This document shows, piece by piece, positions 10,855 through 20,617 of a DNA stretch of 64,000 bases. This DNA comes from Trueperaceae bacterium. Lineage in GTDB: Bacteria; Deinococcota; Deinococci; Deinococcales; Trueperaceae. The translations under genes were made by a program, and so were the position numbers. The stretch is taken from assembly GCA_034520945.1 (NCBI GenBank), contig JAXHNB010000001.1:353593-417592 (forward strand), read 5' to 3'. Within the stretch, counting starts at the first letter, position 1; each line of letters begins with the position of its first letter. The notes beneath the pieces are model-generated. The model saw only the letters and a program-made list of their open reading frames with translations, ran no database searches and was not told where the DNA came from.

Positions 10855-12486
10855 ATGCGTGATCGTTGGTTCTACGTCGTTCCCCTGATGCTGGCCTGGT
10901 TGCTGTCGTTCGGTTCCGCCGTGGCGCAGGGCGAGGAGCAGACCGCCCTGAGCGAGGAGGAGCGGGCCGAGATCGCCGAGATCTACTTCGATCGCTGCGC
11001 TGGGTGTCACGGCGTGCTGCGCAAGGGCGCCACCGGCCCGTCCTTGGAGCCAGAAAACACCCGCCAGCGCGGGATTCCCTACCTGGAGGCCGTCATCTTC
11101 GGCGGGCTGCCCGGCGGGATGCCGGACTGGGGCCGGCAGGGGGTGCTGAGCGAGGATGAGATCTCGCAGATGGCGCGCTTCCTCACCGAGGCGCCGCCCG
11201 AGCCGCCCCAGCAGTCGCTGGAGGGCATTCTGGAGACCTGGACGGTGCACGTCCCGCCCGAGGAGCGCCCCACCGAGCCGCAGCACGACCTGGATTGGGA
11301 GAACTTCTTCGGCGTGATCCTTCGCGACATGGGGCAGGTCGCCATCGTCGACGGCGCCACCCGCGAGCTGGTGCAGCTGGTCGACACCGGCTACGCGATC
11401 CACATCCTGCGCGCCAGCAAGGATGGCCGCTACTTCACCGCGATCGGGCGGGACGGCAAGGCGTCGCTGATCGACCTGTGGTCGTCGCCGCCGGCGGTGG
11501 TGGCCGAGGTCAAGCCCTGCTTCGACGCCCGCAGCATCGAGTCCAGCAAGTACGAGGGATACGAGAACGAGTACGCCATCGTGGGCTGCTACTGGCCGCC
11601 GATGTTCGCGGTGCTCGACGGCCTCACCCTGGAGCCGCTCAAGCTGGTGTCGACCATGGGCTACGAGCGCGGCGCCGGAGACTTCGTCGAGGAGGCGCGC
11701 GTCGCCGCCATCGTCGCGTCCGAGGAGCACCCCGAGTGGGTCGTCAACGTCAAGGAGACCGGCCAGACCTGGCTGGTCGACTACAGCACCCTGGATCAGA
11801 ACGGCCGTCCGATGGCGGTCACCATGATCGACACCGAGCTGTACCTGCACGACGGCGGCTGGGCCCGCGACCGCTACTTCATCGTCGCCGCCAACGCGAT
11901 GGACAAGCTGATCGTGATCGACACCCGCGAGCGCGAGGTCACCGCCGAGATCGAGGCGGGCGTCACACCGCACCCTGGCCGGGGCGCCAACTGGGATCAC
12001 CCCGAGCTGGGCCCGTTGTGGGCGACGGGGAACATGGGCAGTCCCGAGATGACGGTGATCGGCGCCGACCCCGAGGGGCACCCCGAGAACGCCTGGGAGG
12101 TGCAGGCGTCGGTGGAGCTGCCGTTCACCGGCACGCTGTTCAACAAGACGCACGAGAACAGCCCCTGGATCATCGTCGACTTCACCATGAGCATGAACCC
12201 CGAGGGCGCGGCGACGCTGTGCGCTATCGGCAAGGAATCGCTGGAGGCCGAGCGCTGCTGGGAGGTTCCCGGCGCGCAGGACATCGGGGCCCGCATGGTG
12301 CACATCGAGTTCGACCGGGGCGGCCAGGCGTTCTGGGTCTCGGCCTGGGCCGATATGGAGACCCCGAGCTTCATCGCCGTCTACGACGCCGAGACGCTGG
12401 AGGAGATCGATCGGATCGAGGGCGACTGGGTGCGCACCCCGACCGGCAAGTTCAACGTGTTCAACACGGCGCACGACGTGTACTGA
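10855..12486 (+). CDS. nirS: Cytochrome cd1 nitrite reductase
   Basis: Signal peptide; YFDRCAGCHGVLRKGATG, GGMPDW, IHILRASKDGRY, LHDGGW, PHPGRGANW, PTGKFNVFNT. Confidence 0.92.
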   Translation: MRDRWFYVVPLMLAWLLSFGSAVAQGEEQTALSEEERAEIAEIYFDRCAGCHGVLRKGATGPSLEPENTRQRGIPYLEAVIFGGLPGGMPDWGRQGVLSEDEISQMARFLTEAPPEPPQQSLEGILETWTVHVPPEERPTEPQHDLDWENFFGVILRDMGQVAIVDGATRELVQLVDTGYAIHILRASKDGRYFTAIGRDGKASLIDLWSSPPAVVAEVKPCFDARSIESSKYEGYENEYAIVGCYWPPMFAVLDGLTLEPLKLVSTMGYERGAGDFVEEARVAAIVASEEHPEWVVNVKETGQTWLVDYSTLDQNGRPMAVTMIDTELYLHDGGWARDRYFIVAANAMDKLIVIDTREREVTAEIEAGVTPHPGRGANWDHPELGPLWATGNMGSPEMTVIGADPEGHPENAWEVQASVELPFTGTLFNKTHENSPWIIVDFTMSMNPEGAATLCAIGKESLEAERCWEVPGAQDIGARMVHIEFDRGGQAFWVSAWADMETPSFIAVYDAETLEEIDRIEGDWVRTPTGKFNVFNTAHDVY

Positions 12487-12545
12487 CGCGCGCCGCGTCG
12501 TGCGCGCGCCGGCCGGGCCCCTGCCCGGCCGGCTATCCTCGCCCC

Positions 12546-13511
12546 ATGGATCATCCCCACCCGCCCGAACCGGAGGACGCCCACCCGCCGGCCCGCCGCA
12601 TCGACGCGCTGATCGGCGACACGCCCGTGGTGAAGCTACGCTCCGTGGTCGAGGAGGACATGGCGGAGGTGTGGCTCAAGCTGGAAGGGTTCAACCCCGC
12701 CGGCAGCATCAAGGACCGCACCGCGTTGGGCATGATCCTCGACGCCGAGGAGCGCGGCGTGCTCACGCCCGGCAGCGGCCAACGGATCGTGGAGCCCACC
12801 AGCGGGAACACCGGCATCGGACTGGCGTTCCTGTCGGCGGTGCGGGGGTACACCTGCACGATCGTGCTGCCGGACAACATGAGCTCCGAGCGGGTGCGGA
12901 CGCTGCGCGCCTACGGCGCCGAGCTGGTGTTCACGCCGGGCGAGCAGCGCATGCAGGGCGCCATCCCGCGCGCCGAAGAGCTGGTGGAGGAGACCGGCGC
13001 CTGGATGCCGAACCAGTTCGAGAACCCCGCCAACCGCGCCTACCACCACCGCGTCACCGGCCCCGAGGCGTGGGCGCAGATGCAGGGGCGGATCGACGCC
13101 TTCGTATGGGCCAGCGGCACGGGCGGCTCGATCAGCGGCATCGGCCGCTACCTGAAGGAGCAGAACCCAATGGTGCGCGTGGTGGCGGTCGAGCCGGCCC
13201 GCAGCGCCGTGATTCACGGCCGGGAGCGCGGCGCGCACGCGTTTCAGGGCATGGGGCCGGGCTTCATCCCCGGCAACCTGGACCTGGGCCTGCTGGACGA
13301 CTGCAAGGACGTCTACGAGGAGGACGCCTTCCCGCTGGCGCGGCGCCTGATGCGGGAGGAGGGGATCGCGATCGGCATGTCGTCGGGCGCCACGGTGCAC
13401 GCCGCGCTCGAGGTCGCCCGCGAGCAGGGCCCCGGCAAGGTCGTGCTGGCCCTGGCCGCCGACGCCGCCGACCGCTACCTCAGCACCGAACTGTTCGAGG
13501 ACCTGGGCTGA
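12546..13511 (+). CDS. cysK: Cysteine synthase (PLP-dependent)
   Basis: KLEGFNPAGSIKDR, EPTSGNTGIGL, NQFENPAN, GTGGSISG, QGMGPGFIP. Confidence 0.9.
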   Translation: MDHPHPPEPEDAHPPARRIDALIGDTPVVKLRSVVEEDMAEVWLKLEGFNPAGSIKDRTALGMILDAEERGVLTPGSGQRIVEPTSGNTGIGLAFLSAVRGYTCTIVLPDNMSSERVRTLRAYGAELVFTPGEQRMQGAIPRAEELVEETGAWMPNQFENPANRAYHHRVTGPEAWAQMQGRIDAFVWASGTGGSISGIGRYLKEQNPMVRVVAVEPARSAVIHGRERGAHAFQGMGPGFIPGNLDLGLLDDCKDVYEEDAFPLARRLMREEGIAIGMSSGATVHAALEVAREQGPGKVVLALAADAADRYLSTELFEDLG

Positions 13512-13601
13512 CGGCGGCGGCCGCGCCGGTGTGGCCGGTCCTGGGGGCGCGCCTCCCCCGCACGGGGTTGACGCCGCCCAGCGGCGTGCGGCGCCTGGGG
13601 A

Positions 13602-14426
13602 TCAGCTGCCGGCCAGGGTCGTGCCCAGGTCCAGCAGGCCCAACAGGCGGGCGTGCAGGCTGCCGTTGCTGGCCACCAGCGCGGCCGCGTCCAACTGGTA
13701 GGGGGCGCCATCGGGGCCGGTGACGGTACCGCCCGCCTCGCGGATCAGCAGCACGCCGGCGGCGACGTCCCACGCGTTCAGCTTCAGTTCCCAGAAACCG
13801 TCGAGGCGGCCCGCCGCGACGTAGCACAGGTCCAGCGCCGCGGCGCCGGGCCGGCGGACCGCCCGCACGTGCGGCAGCGCCCGGGCGAACACCTCGAGGT
13901 TCTGGTGCTGGGTCTCCTCGACGTAGGCGAACCCCGTGGCCAGCATGGCGTTCAGTAGGGTCGGCTCGGTTGTGACGGCCAGCGGCCGGCCGTTCAGGGT
14001 CGCACCCCGGCCGCGGACGGCCTGGAACAGCTCGTCGCGGACCGGGTCCAGCACCACGCCGATCTCGACGCGGCCGTCGACCTCCAGCGCCACCGACACG
14101 CAGAAGAATGGAAAGCCGTGCGCGTAGTTCAGGGTGCCGTCCAGCGGGTCGACGATCCAGCGGCAGCGGGCATTGCCCTCCTGCCCCTGCTCCTCGCCCA
14201 GCACCACGTGGTCTGGGAACGCCGCCGCGATTACCTCGCGGATGCGGGCCTCGCAGGCGCGGTCCACCTGGGTGACGAGGTCGGTGGCGCTGGACTTGGT
14301 GTCGATCTCCAGCGCCCCGCCCATGTGGGTGCGTTGGATCCGGCCGGCCTCGTCGGCGGCGCGGATCGCCACGCGGAGGGCGTGGTCCAGGTCGACGGGG
14401 CCGGGGGCGGAGGAGGCGTGGGTCAT
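13602..14426 (-). CDS. suhB: Inositol monophosphatase family protein
   Basis: DLVTQVD, GEE, WIVDPLDGTLNYAHG, WDVAAGVLLIREAGG. Confidence 0.88.
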   Translation of the reverse strand: MTHASSAPGPVDLDHALRVAIRAADEAGRIQRTHMGGALEIDTKSSATDLVTQVDRACEARIREVIAAAFPDHVVLGEEQGQEGNARCRWIVDPLDGTLNYAHGFPFFCVSVALEVDGRVEIGVVLDPVRDELFQAVRGRGATLNGRPLAVTTEPTLLNAMLATGFAYVEETQHQNLEVFARALPHVRAVRRPGAAALDLCYVAAGRLDGFWELKLNAWDVAAGVLLIREAGGTVTGPDGAPYQLDAAALVASNGSLHARLLGLLDLGTTLAGS

Positions 14427-14520
14427 GCCGCGATGATACCGGCACCGACCCTCCGCGGGCAGGCGGGCGGGCGCAGGGCCGCGCGCACGGTCGTTCGCGC
14501 GGCCGGCGTGGGCCCCGGCG

Positions 14521-15960
14521 TCAGTGGCCGACCGGCGCCGGTTCGTCCAGCTCGAACGCCTCCTCGCGCCGCCGTGCCTGCTCCACGGTGCGTTCCGAGG
14601 CGCGTGCGGGCGTGTCGGCGGCCACCACCGCGCCGGTCCGGCCGGTGATTTCGGCGGGCGAGGGGACCATCTCGCCGATGAGGCGGGCGTGACGGTCGAA
14701 GGTGAGGTACTCGTACGCCCAGCTGGTGAACGCCCCGATGCGGTTCTTGTGGCCGGGCAGAAAGGCCAGGTGCAGGAACAGCCACGCCAGCCAACCGGCG
14801 AAGCCGCGCACCTTCAGGCCGCCCAGTCGCGGGGAGAGCTCGGCCACACCGGCGTTGCGGCCGATGATGGCCATGATGCCCTTGTTGGCGTAGGTGAACG
14901 GCGCCGTGGCGCGGCCCTCCAGGCGGGCGCGGATCTGGCGGGCAAGGTGCTGGCCGTGCTGGATCGCCACCGGCGCCAGTTGCGGGTGCAGCCGACCTTC
15001 CCGGTCTTGCGAGGCGGCCACGTCGCCGGCGGCCCACACGTCGGGACGGCCGGGCAGGGCGAGGTCGTCCTCCACCACCAGGCGGCCGCCACGGGTGGTT
15101 TCGGCGCCCACGGCCTCGACCAGCGGGTGGGCGCGCACCCCGGCCGCCCACAGCAGCGTGCGGCTGGGCAGGAACGATCCGTCCGCCAGCACCGCGCCGT
15201 CCCCGCGGAGCTCGCGCACGGCGGTGCCGAGGCGAACATCGACGCCGCGGCGTTCGAGGGCCCACAGGGCGTGCCGCTGCGATCCGGCGGAGAACGGCGG
15301 CAGCACCGCGTCCGTCATCTCGAGCAGCACGATGCGCGCCCGGGAAAGGTCGAGTTCGGGGTAGTCGCCGGGCAGGACCCGCTGGAACAGCTCGGCCAAC
15401 GCGCCGGCCATCTCGACCCCGGTCGGGCCCGCACCTGTGATCACGAAGGTGAGCATGCCCTCCTCCACGGTGCTCGGGTCCTGCGCGGCGGTCTCGAAGC
15501 AGCGCAGGACGTGGCTGCGGAGGTTGACCGCCTCGGTGAGGCTCTTGAGGAAGAAGGCGTGCCGGCGCACGCCGGGCGTGCCGAAGTCCTCGTAGATGGC
15601 GCCGGGGGCGATGACCAGCTGGTCGTAGCCGATGCGGGCTCCGTCCACCAGCACCACCTCCTTGGCGTCCCCATCGATGTCGGTGACGGTGCCCTGCCGG
15701 AAGCGGGCGTTGGCTTGGCGGCGCAGCACCGCGCGGACCTGGTGGGCGACGTCGCCCGCTTCGAGCTGAGCGGTGGCCACCTGGTACAGCAGCGGCTGGA
15801 AGGTGTGGTGGTTGTGCTGGTCGAGAAGCAGGACCTCGACCGGCGCGCGCTTCAGGCCTTTGACGACCTCGAGGCCCGCGAAGCCGGCGCCGATCACGAC
15901 CACGCGGGGGCGCGCCTGGGGGCCGGCGACGGCGGGTGCAGGTGCGGGAATGTGGCTCAT
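14521..15960 (-). CDS. ndh: Type II NADH dehydrogenase (NDH-2-like)
   Basis: GAGFAG, FQPLLYQVAT, GAGPTGVEMAG, AAGD, KGIMAIIGRN. Confidence 0.85.
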   Translation of the reverse strand: MSHIPAPAPAVAGPQARPRVVVIGAGFAGLEVVKGLKRAPVEVLLLDQHNHHTFQPLLYQVATAQLEAGDVAHQVRAVLRRQANARFRQGTVTDIDGDAKEVVLVDGARIGYDQLVIAPGAIYEDFGTPGVRRHAFFLKSLTEAVNLRSHVLRCFETAAQDPSTVEEGMLTFVITGAGPTGVEMAGALAELFQRVLPGDYPELDLSRARIVLLEMTDAVLPPFSAGSQRHALWALERRGVDVRLGTAVRELRGDGAVLADGSFLPSRTLLWAAGVRAHPLVEAVGAETTRGGRLVVEDDLALPGRPDVWAAGDVAASQDREGRLHPQLAPVAIQHGQHLARQIRARLEGRATAPFTYANKGIMAIIGRNAGVAELSPRLGGLKVRGFAGWLAWLFLHLAFLPGHKNRIGAFTSWAYEYLTFDRHARLIGEMVPSPAEITGRTGAVVAADTPARASERTVEQARRREEAFELDEPAPVGH

Positions 15961-16103
15961 GGGTCCGTCCTTCGGGCCGGGAGGCGAGGGTCGCGGCGGG
16001 GCCCGGGGTCGGCGCGACCGGGACGAATGTCCCTCGTGAAAAAATGTACGTGAAATCGCTGGTGCGATCAAGCGCTTCGGATACCGTTGCCTCTCCACCC
16101 TCG

Positions 16104-16290
16104 TACGAAGGCGGCGCCTTCGCACGAGGGTACGGACATGCCGACCTCGAGGCCGGGCTCCCCGTCGGCCCCGACACCACGCTGTTCCGTATCGGCGCGG
16201 TCACCAAGACGTTCAGCTGCACCGCCCGCATGATGCTGATCCCCGAGCACGACCTGGGCGTGTTCGGGGCCTACGACGCCGCCGGCGGAG
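16104..16290 (+). pseudogene. Internally deleted serine hydrolase (class C beta-lactamase-like) remnant
   Basis: FARGYGHADLEAGLPVGPDTTLFRIGAVTKTF (SxxK region, S replaced by A) joined in frame to MLIPEHDLGVF, a C-terminal segment of that family. Confidence 0.6.
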
Positions 16291-16316
16291 CAGCCGCCGC
16301 CGCGGGGCCGGTCCGT

Positions 16317-17165
16317 TCAGCCGCGCTCGGCCATCTGAAGCGCGATGCGGCGGCCGGTGGGGGTGTCGGCCACGCCGCCCTCGCCGGTCTCGCGCAGCTC
16401 GGGCGGCAGCATGCGGCCGACCGACGCCATCGCCTGCACCACCTCGTCGGCCGGGATGAACGATTCCACTCCGGCCAGCGCCAGCTGCGCCGCCGACACG
16501 GCGTGCACGCTGTAGAAGGCGTTGCGCGACACGCACGGCACCTCCACGTACCCTCCGACCGGGTCGCACACCAGGCCGATGGTGTTCATCAGGGCCATCG
16601 CCGAGGCGTGCACGCAGGCGGGGGCGTCGCCGCCGCGCAGCTCGGTGATGGCGGCCGCCGCCATCGAGGCGGACGGGCCGATCTCGGCGCCGCAGCCGCC
16701 CGAGGCGCCGGCGATGAACATGGTGCGCGAGATGATCTGGCCCACGCCCGCCGCCGTTACCAGGGGCAGCACCAGCGCCTCGTCCTCCAGGCCGAGGTGG
16801 TCGGCGACGCCCAGCAGCGCGCCCGGCAGGGTGCCGGCGCTGCCGGCGGTGGGGGCGGCGACGATGCGGCCCATGCGGGCGTTCTCCTCGTTGACGGCCA
16901 TGGCGTAGGCCTGCACCCGCTTCATGAGCGGTGCGTCCAGCGGGTCCTCGCTCTCGTACAGGCGCTTGGCGTTCCAACCGACCATGCCGCTGCGGCTCTT
17001 CGCCTCGCTGGCCAGGCCGCGCTCGACGCTGTCCCGCATGGCGGCCAGCCGCGCCCGCATCTTGTCCAGCAACGCCGCGCGGGCCGCCTCGTCGTCGCCC
17101 ACCTCTTGGGTCAGGAACCAGGTGGAGGCGGCGCCCTGGACGGCCTGCAGCTCGGCGAAGGTCAC
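16317..17165 (-). CDS. sdaAA: L-serine dehydratase alpha subunit
   Basis: [51 protein letters not shown]. Confidence 0.92.
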   Translation of the reverse strand: MTFAELQAVQGAASTWFLTQEVGDDEAARAALLDKMRARLAAMRDSVERGLASEAKSRSGMVGWNAKRLYESEDPLDAPLMKRVQAYAMAVNEENARMGRIVAAPTAGSAGTLPGALLGVADHLGLEDEALVLPLVTAAGVGQIISRTMFIAGASGGCGAEIGPSASMAAAAITELRGGDAPACVHASAMALMNTIGLVCDPVGGYVEVPCVSRNAFYSVHAVSAAQLALAGVESFIPADEVVQAMASVGRMLPPELRETGEGGVADTPTGRRIALQMAERG

Positions 17166-17872
17166 GCCGCCGCTCCGGGCCGTGGAAGCGGCGCGTCGCC
17201 CGAGAGCACCTCGGGCAGCATCCGCATCCAGCGCACGTAGGTCAGGTGCGCCAGGTAGTCCAGCGCGTGGCGGGAGAGGCGCCGGTCCATCTCGATCGAC
17301 ATCATCGCCTCGCCCCCGCGGGTGCGGCGGGCGCTATGAAGGGTGGCGATGTTGCTTTCGTCGTCGGCGATGACGCGCGCCACGCGGGCGATCACGCCGG
17401 GGCGGTCGTCGTGGCGGATCAGCAGCGTGTGCGACCCGCCACCGAAGTCGATGCCGAAGCCGTCCACGTCGAAGACGCGCACCATGCCGCCGCCCAGGCT
17501 GGAGCCCGTCAGGCGGGCGTGCTCGACGTCGTCGCCGCTGCCGCCTTCGGTCTCGATCCGGACGGTGTTGGGGTGCACGTCGCCCAGGTCGGCGCTGCGC
17601 AGGGTCACCTCGAGGCCCTGGCGGTCGGCCTCCGCGCGCGCGTCGGGCAGCCGCGGGTCGTCCGGCGCCATGCCCAGCAGGCCGGCGATCAGGGCGAGGT
17701 CGGTGCCGTGCCCGCGGGCCGTCTTCGCGAACGAGCCGTGCAGCGTGAAGGTCGCGCGCGTGGGCGGGACCCGGCGCGCGTGGCGCGCCAGCAGCGCCAG
17801 GCGGCAGGCACCTGCGGTGTGCGAGGAGGACGGCCCGATCATCACGGGACCGATCACGTCGAGGAGACCCAT
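17162..17872 (-). CDS. sdaAB: L-serine dehydratase beta subunit (with ACT domain)
   Basis: [41 protein letters not shown]. Confidence 0.92.
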   Translation of the reverse strand: MGLLDVIGPVMIGPSSSHTAGACRLALLARHARRVPPTRATFTLHGSFAKTARGHGTDLALIAGLLGMAPDDPRLPDARAEADRQGLEVTLRSADLGDVHPNTVRIETEGGSGDDVEHARLTGSSLGGGMVRVFDVDGFGIDFGGGSHTLLIRHDDRPGVIARVARVIADDESNIATLHSARRTRGGEAMMSIEMDRRLSRHALDYLAHLTYVRWMRMLPEVLSGDAPLPRPGAAA

Positions 17873-17927
17873 GGCCCGAGCCTAGCGCACCGGGCCTGTG
17901 CCCCTAGTGCGCGGCGCCCGGTACACG

Positions 17928-17953
17928 AGGGGCGGCCACGTACGGCCGCCCCT
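17928..17953 (-). terminator. GC-rich hairpin downstream of hup
   Basis: AGGGGCGGCC-acgtac-GGCCGCCCCT. Confidence 0.5.
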
Positions 17954-17983
17954 GCGTCCCCATGATCTGCAGTCCGGAGGCGC

Positions 17984-18277
17984 TCAGTTCTTGACCTTTT
18001 CCTTCAGGCTCTTGCCCGGCTTGAAGGCGGGGTACTTGCTGGAAGGGATCTTGATCTTCTGGGTGGTGCCGGGCTTCACGCCGGTGCGGGCCTTGCGCTC
18101 GCGCACCTCGAACGTGCCGAAGCCGGTCAGCTGGACCTTGAAGTTGTTGTCCAGGTTGCTGCTGATCTTGTCCAGCATGACGTCCATGACTTCCTTGACG
18201 TCCTTCTTCTTCATGCCGGTTTCGTCAGAAACGATGTCGACGAGTTCCGCTTTCGAGACAGTCTTGCTTTTTGCCAT
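17984..18277 (-). CDS. hup: DNA-binding protein HU
   Basis: KAELVDIVS, VQLTGFGTFEVRERKARTG, PAFKPGKSLKE; AGGAGG RBS. Confidence 0.95.
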   Translation of the reverse strand: MAKSKTVSKAELVDIVSDETGMKKKDVKEVMDVMLDKISSNLDNNFKVQLTGFGTFEVRERKARTGVKPGTTQKIKIPSSKYPAFKPGKSLKEKVKN

Positions 18278-18382
18278 GTCAGCGCCTCCTCCTTGAGCTT
18301 TGGCTTGAGAGCACCGTAGCACGCGTTTTCGCGCGGGGCAAGTGTGCGACGACGAAAAATGGATTGTTCGACATTCACCGCC

Positions 18383-19042
18383 TTATGCACCGGGGTCGCG
18401 TGCCCCCTCGGACGCCCCCTCCGGAGGCGCCTCGTCGGGCGGGAGGATCTTCGCGTGGGACGGCAAAAGTTCGTTCACGCGCTTCATGATGGTGCGGGTC
18501 GCGTCGCGGATGGCAGGGCGCCCGCGACCCTCCACCCGGAACGGCTCACCGAAGCGGACCCGGAAGCGTCGACCCTCGCGATGGATCGCCGCCGGCACCA
18601 GCGGTACGCCCCCGCGCTGCGCCAGGAAGGCGGCGCCGTCCAGCGCCTCGGCGTCCCGGCGGTGGCGCGTGCCTTGCACGAAGATCCCGATGGCGCGCCC
18701 CTGCTGCAGGCGGCGCAAGGCCTCCTTGATGGCGCCGATGTCGTTCGCGCTGCGGTCCACCGGAAACGCGTGCAAGCCCCGGAACAACAGGCGCGAGGGC
18801 AGCGAGACGAAAAGCTCCTTCTTGGCCATGAAGCTGATCTCGCGCGGGACCGACACGCCCACCATGGGCGGATCCCAGCCGCTGAAGTGGTTCACCGCCA
18901 GCACCATGCCGCCCTCGCGCGGCAGGTGCGCCGTCCCCTCGATGCGCAGCCCGTACGCGACCCGCGCGAAAGCCTTGAACAGGAACCGGGCCGTCCAGTA
19001 GAACCAGGGGTGTTCGGCGACCCGCAACAAGAAGCGCGCCAT
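18383..19042 (-). CDS. plsC: 1-acyl-sn-glycerol-3-phosphate acyltransferase
   Basis: NHFSGWD (HX4D), FMAKKELF, FPVDR, IFVQGTR. Confidence 0.85.
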   Translation of the reverse strand: MARFLLRVAEHPWFYWTARFLFKAFARVAYGLRIEGTAHLPREGGMVLAVNHFSGWDPPMVGVSVPREISFMAKKELFVSLPSRLLFRGLHAFPVDRSANDIGAIKEALRRLQQGRAIGIFVQGTRHRRDAEALDGAAFLAQRGGVPLVPAAIHREGRRFRVRFGEPFRVEGRGRPAIRDATRTIMKRVNELLPSHAKILPPDEAPPEGASEGARDPGA

Positions 19043-19146
19043 GCCCGCATGCTACCCGAGGGGCGAGCGGCCATCAGGCGTGGCCTCGGGGCGGCCGGGC
19101 CTGGTGGTGGCCGGCGGGGGCCGCGAGGCGGCGCGGACGCGCCGCG

Positions 19147-20076
19147 TCAGGGCCCGTCGCCTGCCTCTGTGGGCGTGTCCTCTGGGCGTGCGGTGGTGGC
19201 GGACGCCTCGGCCGCGACCAGCGCCCCCACCAGGAACAGCAGCAGCGCCAGGTACAACCACAACAGCAGCACCACCAGCGAGGCCACCACGCCGTACACC
19301 ACGTTCAGGCGCGCCTCGTCGAACGCGTAGGGCAGCACGATTCGCATCCCCTGCAGGCCGGCCACGCTCACCAGCGCGCCGGCCGCCGCCCCGCGCCAAT
19401 CGCTGGCCTGGCGCGGCAGGTACCGGAAGCACAGCGTGAACACCGCCACCGCCAACAGGATGCGCAGCGGCCCCGGGTCGGCCAGGAAGGCGGGCGGGTC
19501 CGGCAGGACGAGCCCGACCGCCTCCAGGCGTTCGCTGGCGGCGCCCAGCACCGACCACGTCCAGCTGAGCAGCGAGCCGGCGATCAACTCCAGGATGATC
19601 ACCATCCCCACGGTGGCCACCAGCAGCAGGGCCACGAATCGGGTGCGGACGAACCCGCGCGTGACGGGCACCTCGAAGATGACCTCCAGCGCACGCTGCA
19701 GCGAGGCGAAGAAGCCGCTGGACGCCCACAGCAGCACCAGCAGCGACAGCGCCGTCCGCACCAGCGTGCCTTCGGACAGTTGCGTGAGGGCGGCCTCGAA
19801 ACTGCGGTCGATCAGCTCCTGCGAGTCCAGGCCCTCGGGCAGGACCGGCGTGAGCAGTTGCGCCAGCGCCTCGCGGTAGCGGGCCGCCAACTCCGGGCGC
19901 GCCCGCAGGGTCGACCCCAGCCAGCCGCCGAGCAGCAACAGCAGCGGCCCCAGCGAGAAGGCCGCGTAGTACGCCAGCGCGGCAGCCAGCATCGTCACGC
20001 GCGCGCGGCTGGCGCGCGCCACGAAGCGGCGCAACGGCGGGACCAGCCGGCGACCCAGGTCGCGCGCGGTCTTCAC
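19147..20076 (-). CDS. YihY/BrkB family membrane protein
   Basis: AAALAYYAAFSLGPLL, YGVVASLVVLLLWLYL; GTG start inferred. Confidence 0.85.
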   Translation of the reverse strand: MKTARDLGRRLVPPLRRFVARASRARVTMLAAALAYYAAFSLGPLLLLLGGWLGSTLRARPELAARYREALAQLLTPVLPEGLDSQELIDRSFEAALTQLSEGTLVRTALSLLVLLWASSGFFASLQRALEVIFEVPVTRGFVRTRFVALLLVATVGMVIILELIAGSLLSWTWSVLGAASERLEAVGLVLPDPPAFLADPGPLRILLAVAVFTLCFRYLPRQASDWRGAAAGALVSVAGLQGMRIVLPYAFDEARLNVVYGVVASLVVLLLWLYLALLLFLVGALVAAEASATTARPEDTPTEAGDGP

Positions 20077-20081
20077 GGGTC

Positions 20082-20573
20082 TCAGGCGTCGTGCTTCAGG
20101 CGGCGGCGCTCCAGCAGGATGGCCGCCAGGATGCCGCCGACGGCGATGAGGGCGTGCAGCAGCACCCAGCCGGCGGCGTTGGGCTCCCAGGGGAGCTCGA
20201 CGCGGAACAGGGTGCGCTGCGACAGCAGCAGGGTGGCGAGCTGCGGCGCGATCAGCAGGGCGGGGGATAGGATCAACGCCGGCCAGCGCCAGGCGTACTC
20301 CAGGCCCAGCATGCCCAGCAGGTTGCCGGACAGGACGACCGGCATCATCACCAGCCATTCGCTGTCGCCGGCCAGCAGGCCGAGGGGCGGCGCCAACAGC
20401 GCCGCCAGGTACGCCCACGGCATGCCGCCCATGGCGAATCCGAGGTAGGCGCAGGCGAGGATCCCCACGCTGCGCAGCACCAGCGGGATCGGCGCGACGG
20501 CGAACACGAACGCGGCCAGCAGCAGGAACACGCCCGTGAATATGCTTTGCGGCGCGGGGGCCGGTCGGATCAC
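20082..20573 (-). CDS. Hypothetical multi-TM membrane protein
   Basis: Hydrophobic ORF; TAGGAT 6 nt upstream of GTG. Confidence 0.7.
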   Translation of the reverse strand: MIRPAPAPQSIFTGVFLLLAAFVFAVAPIPLVLRSVGILACAYLGFAMGGMPWAYLAALLAPPLGLLAGDSEWLVMMPVVLSGNLLGMLGLEYAWRWPALILSPALLIAPQLATLLLSQRTLFRVELPWEPNAAGWVLLHALIAVGGILAAILLERRRLKHDA

Positions 20574-20617
20574 GCCCGCATCCTAGCCCGGCCGTCCGTC
20601 CGGCGCCCTGCGCGCGT

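Noticed and set aside
11295..13511. 738-aa ORF as an extended cysteine synthase
   Set aside because: The N-terminal part is an alternate frame of nirS; the real start is ATG 12546 with its own -10 box
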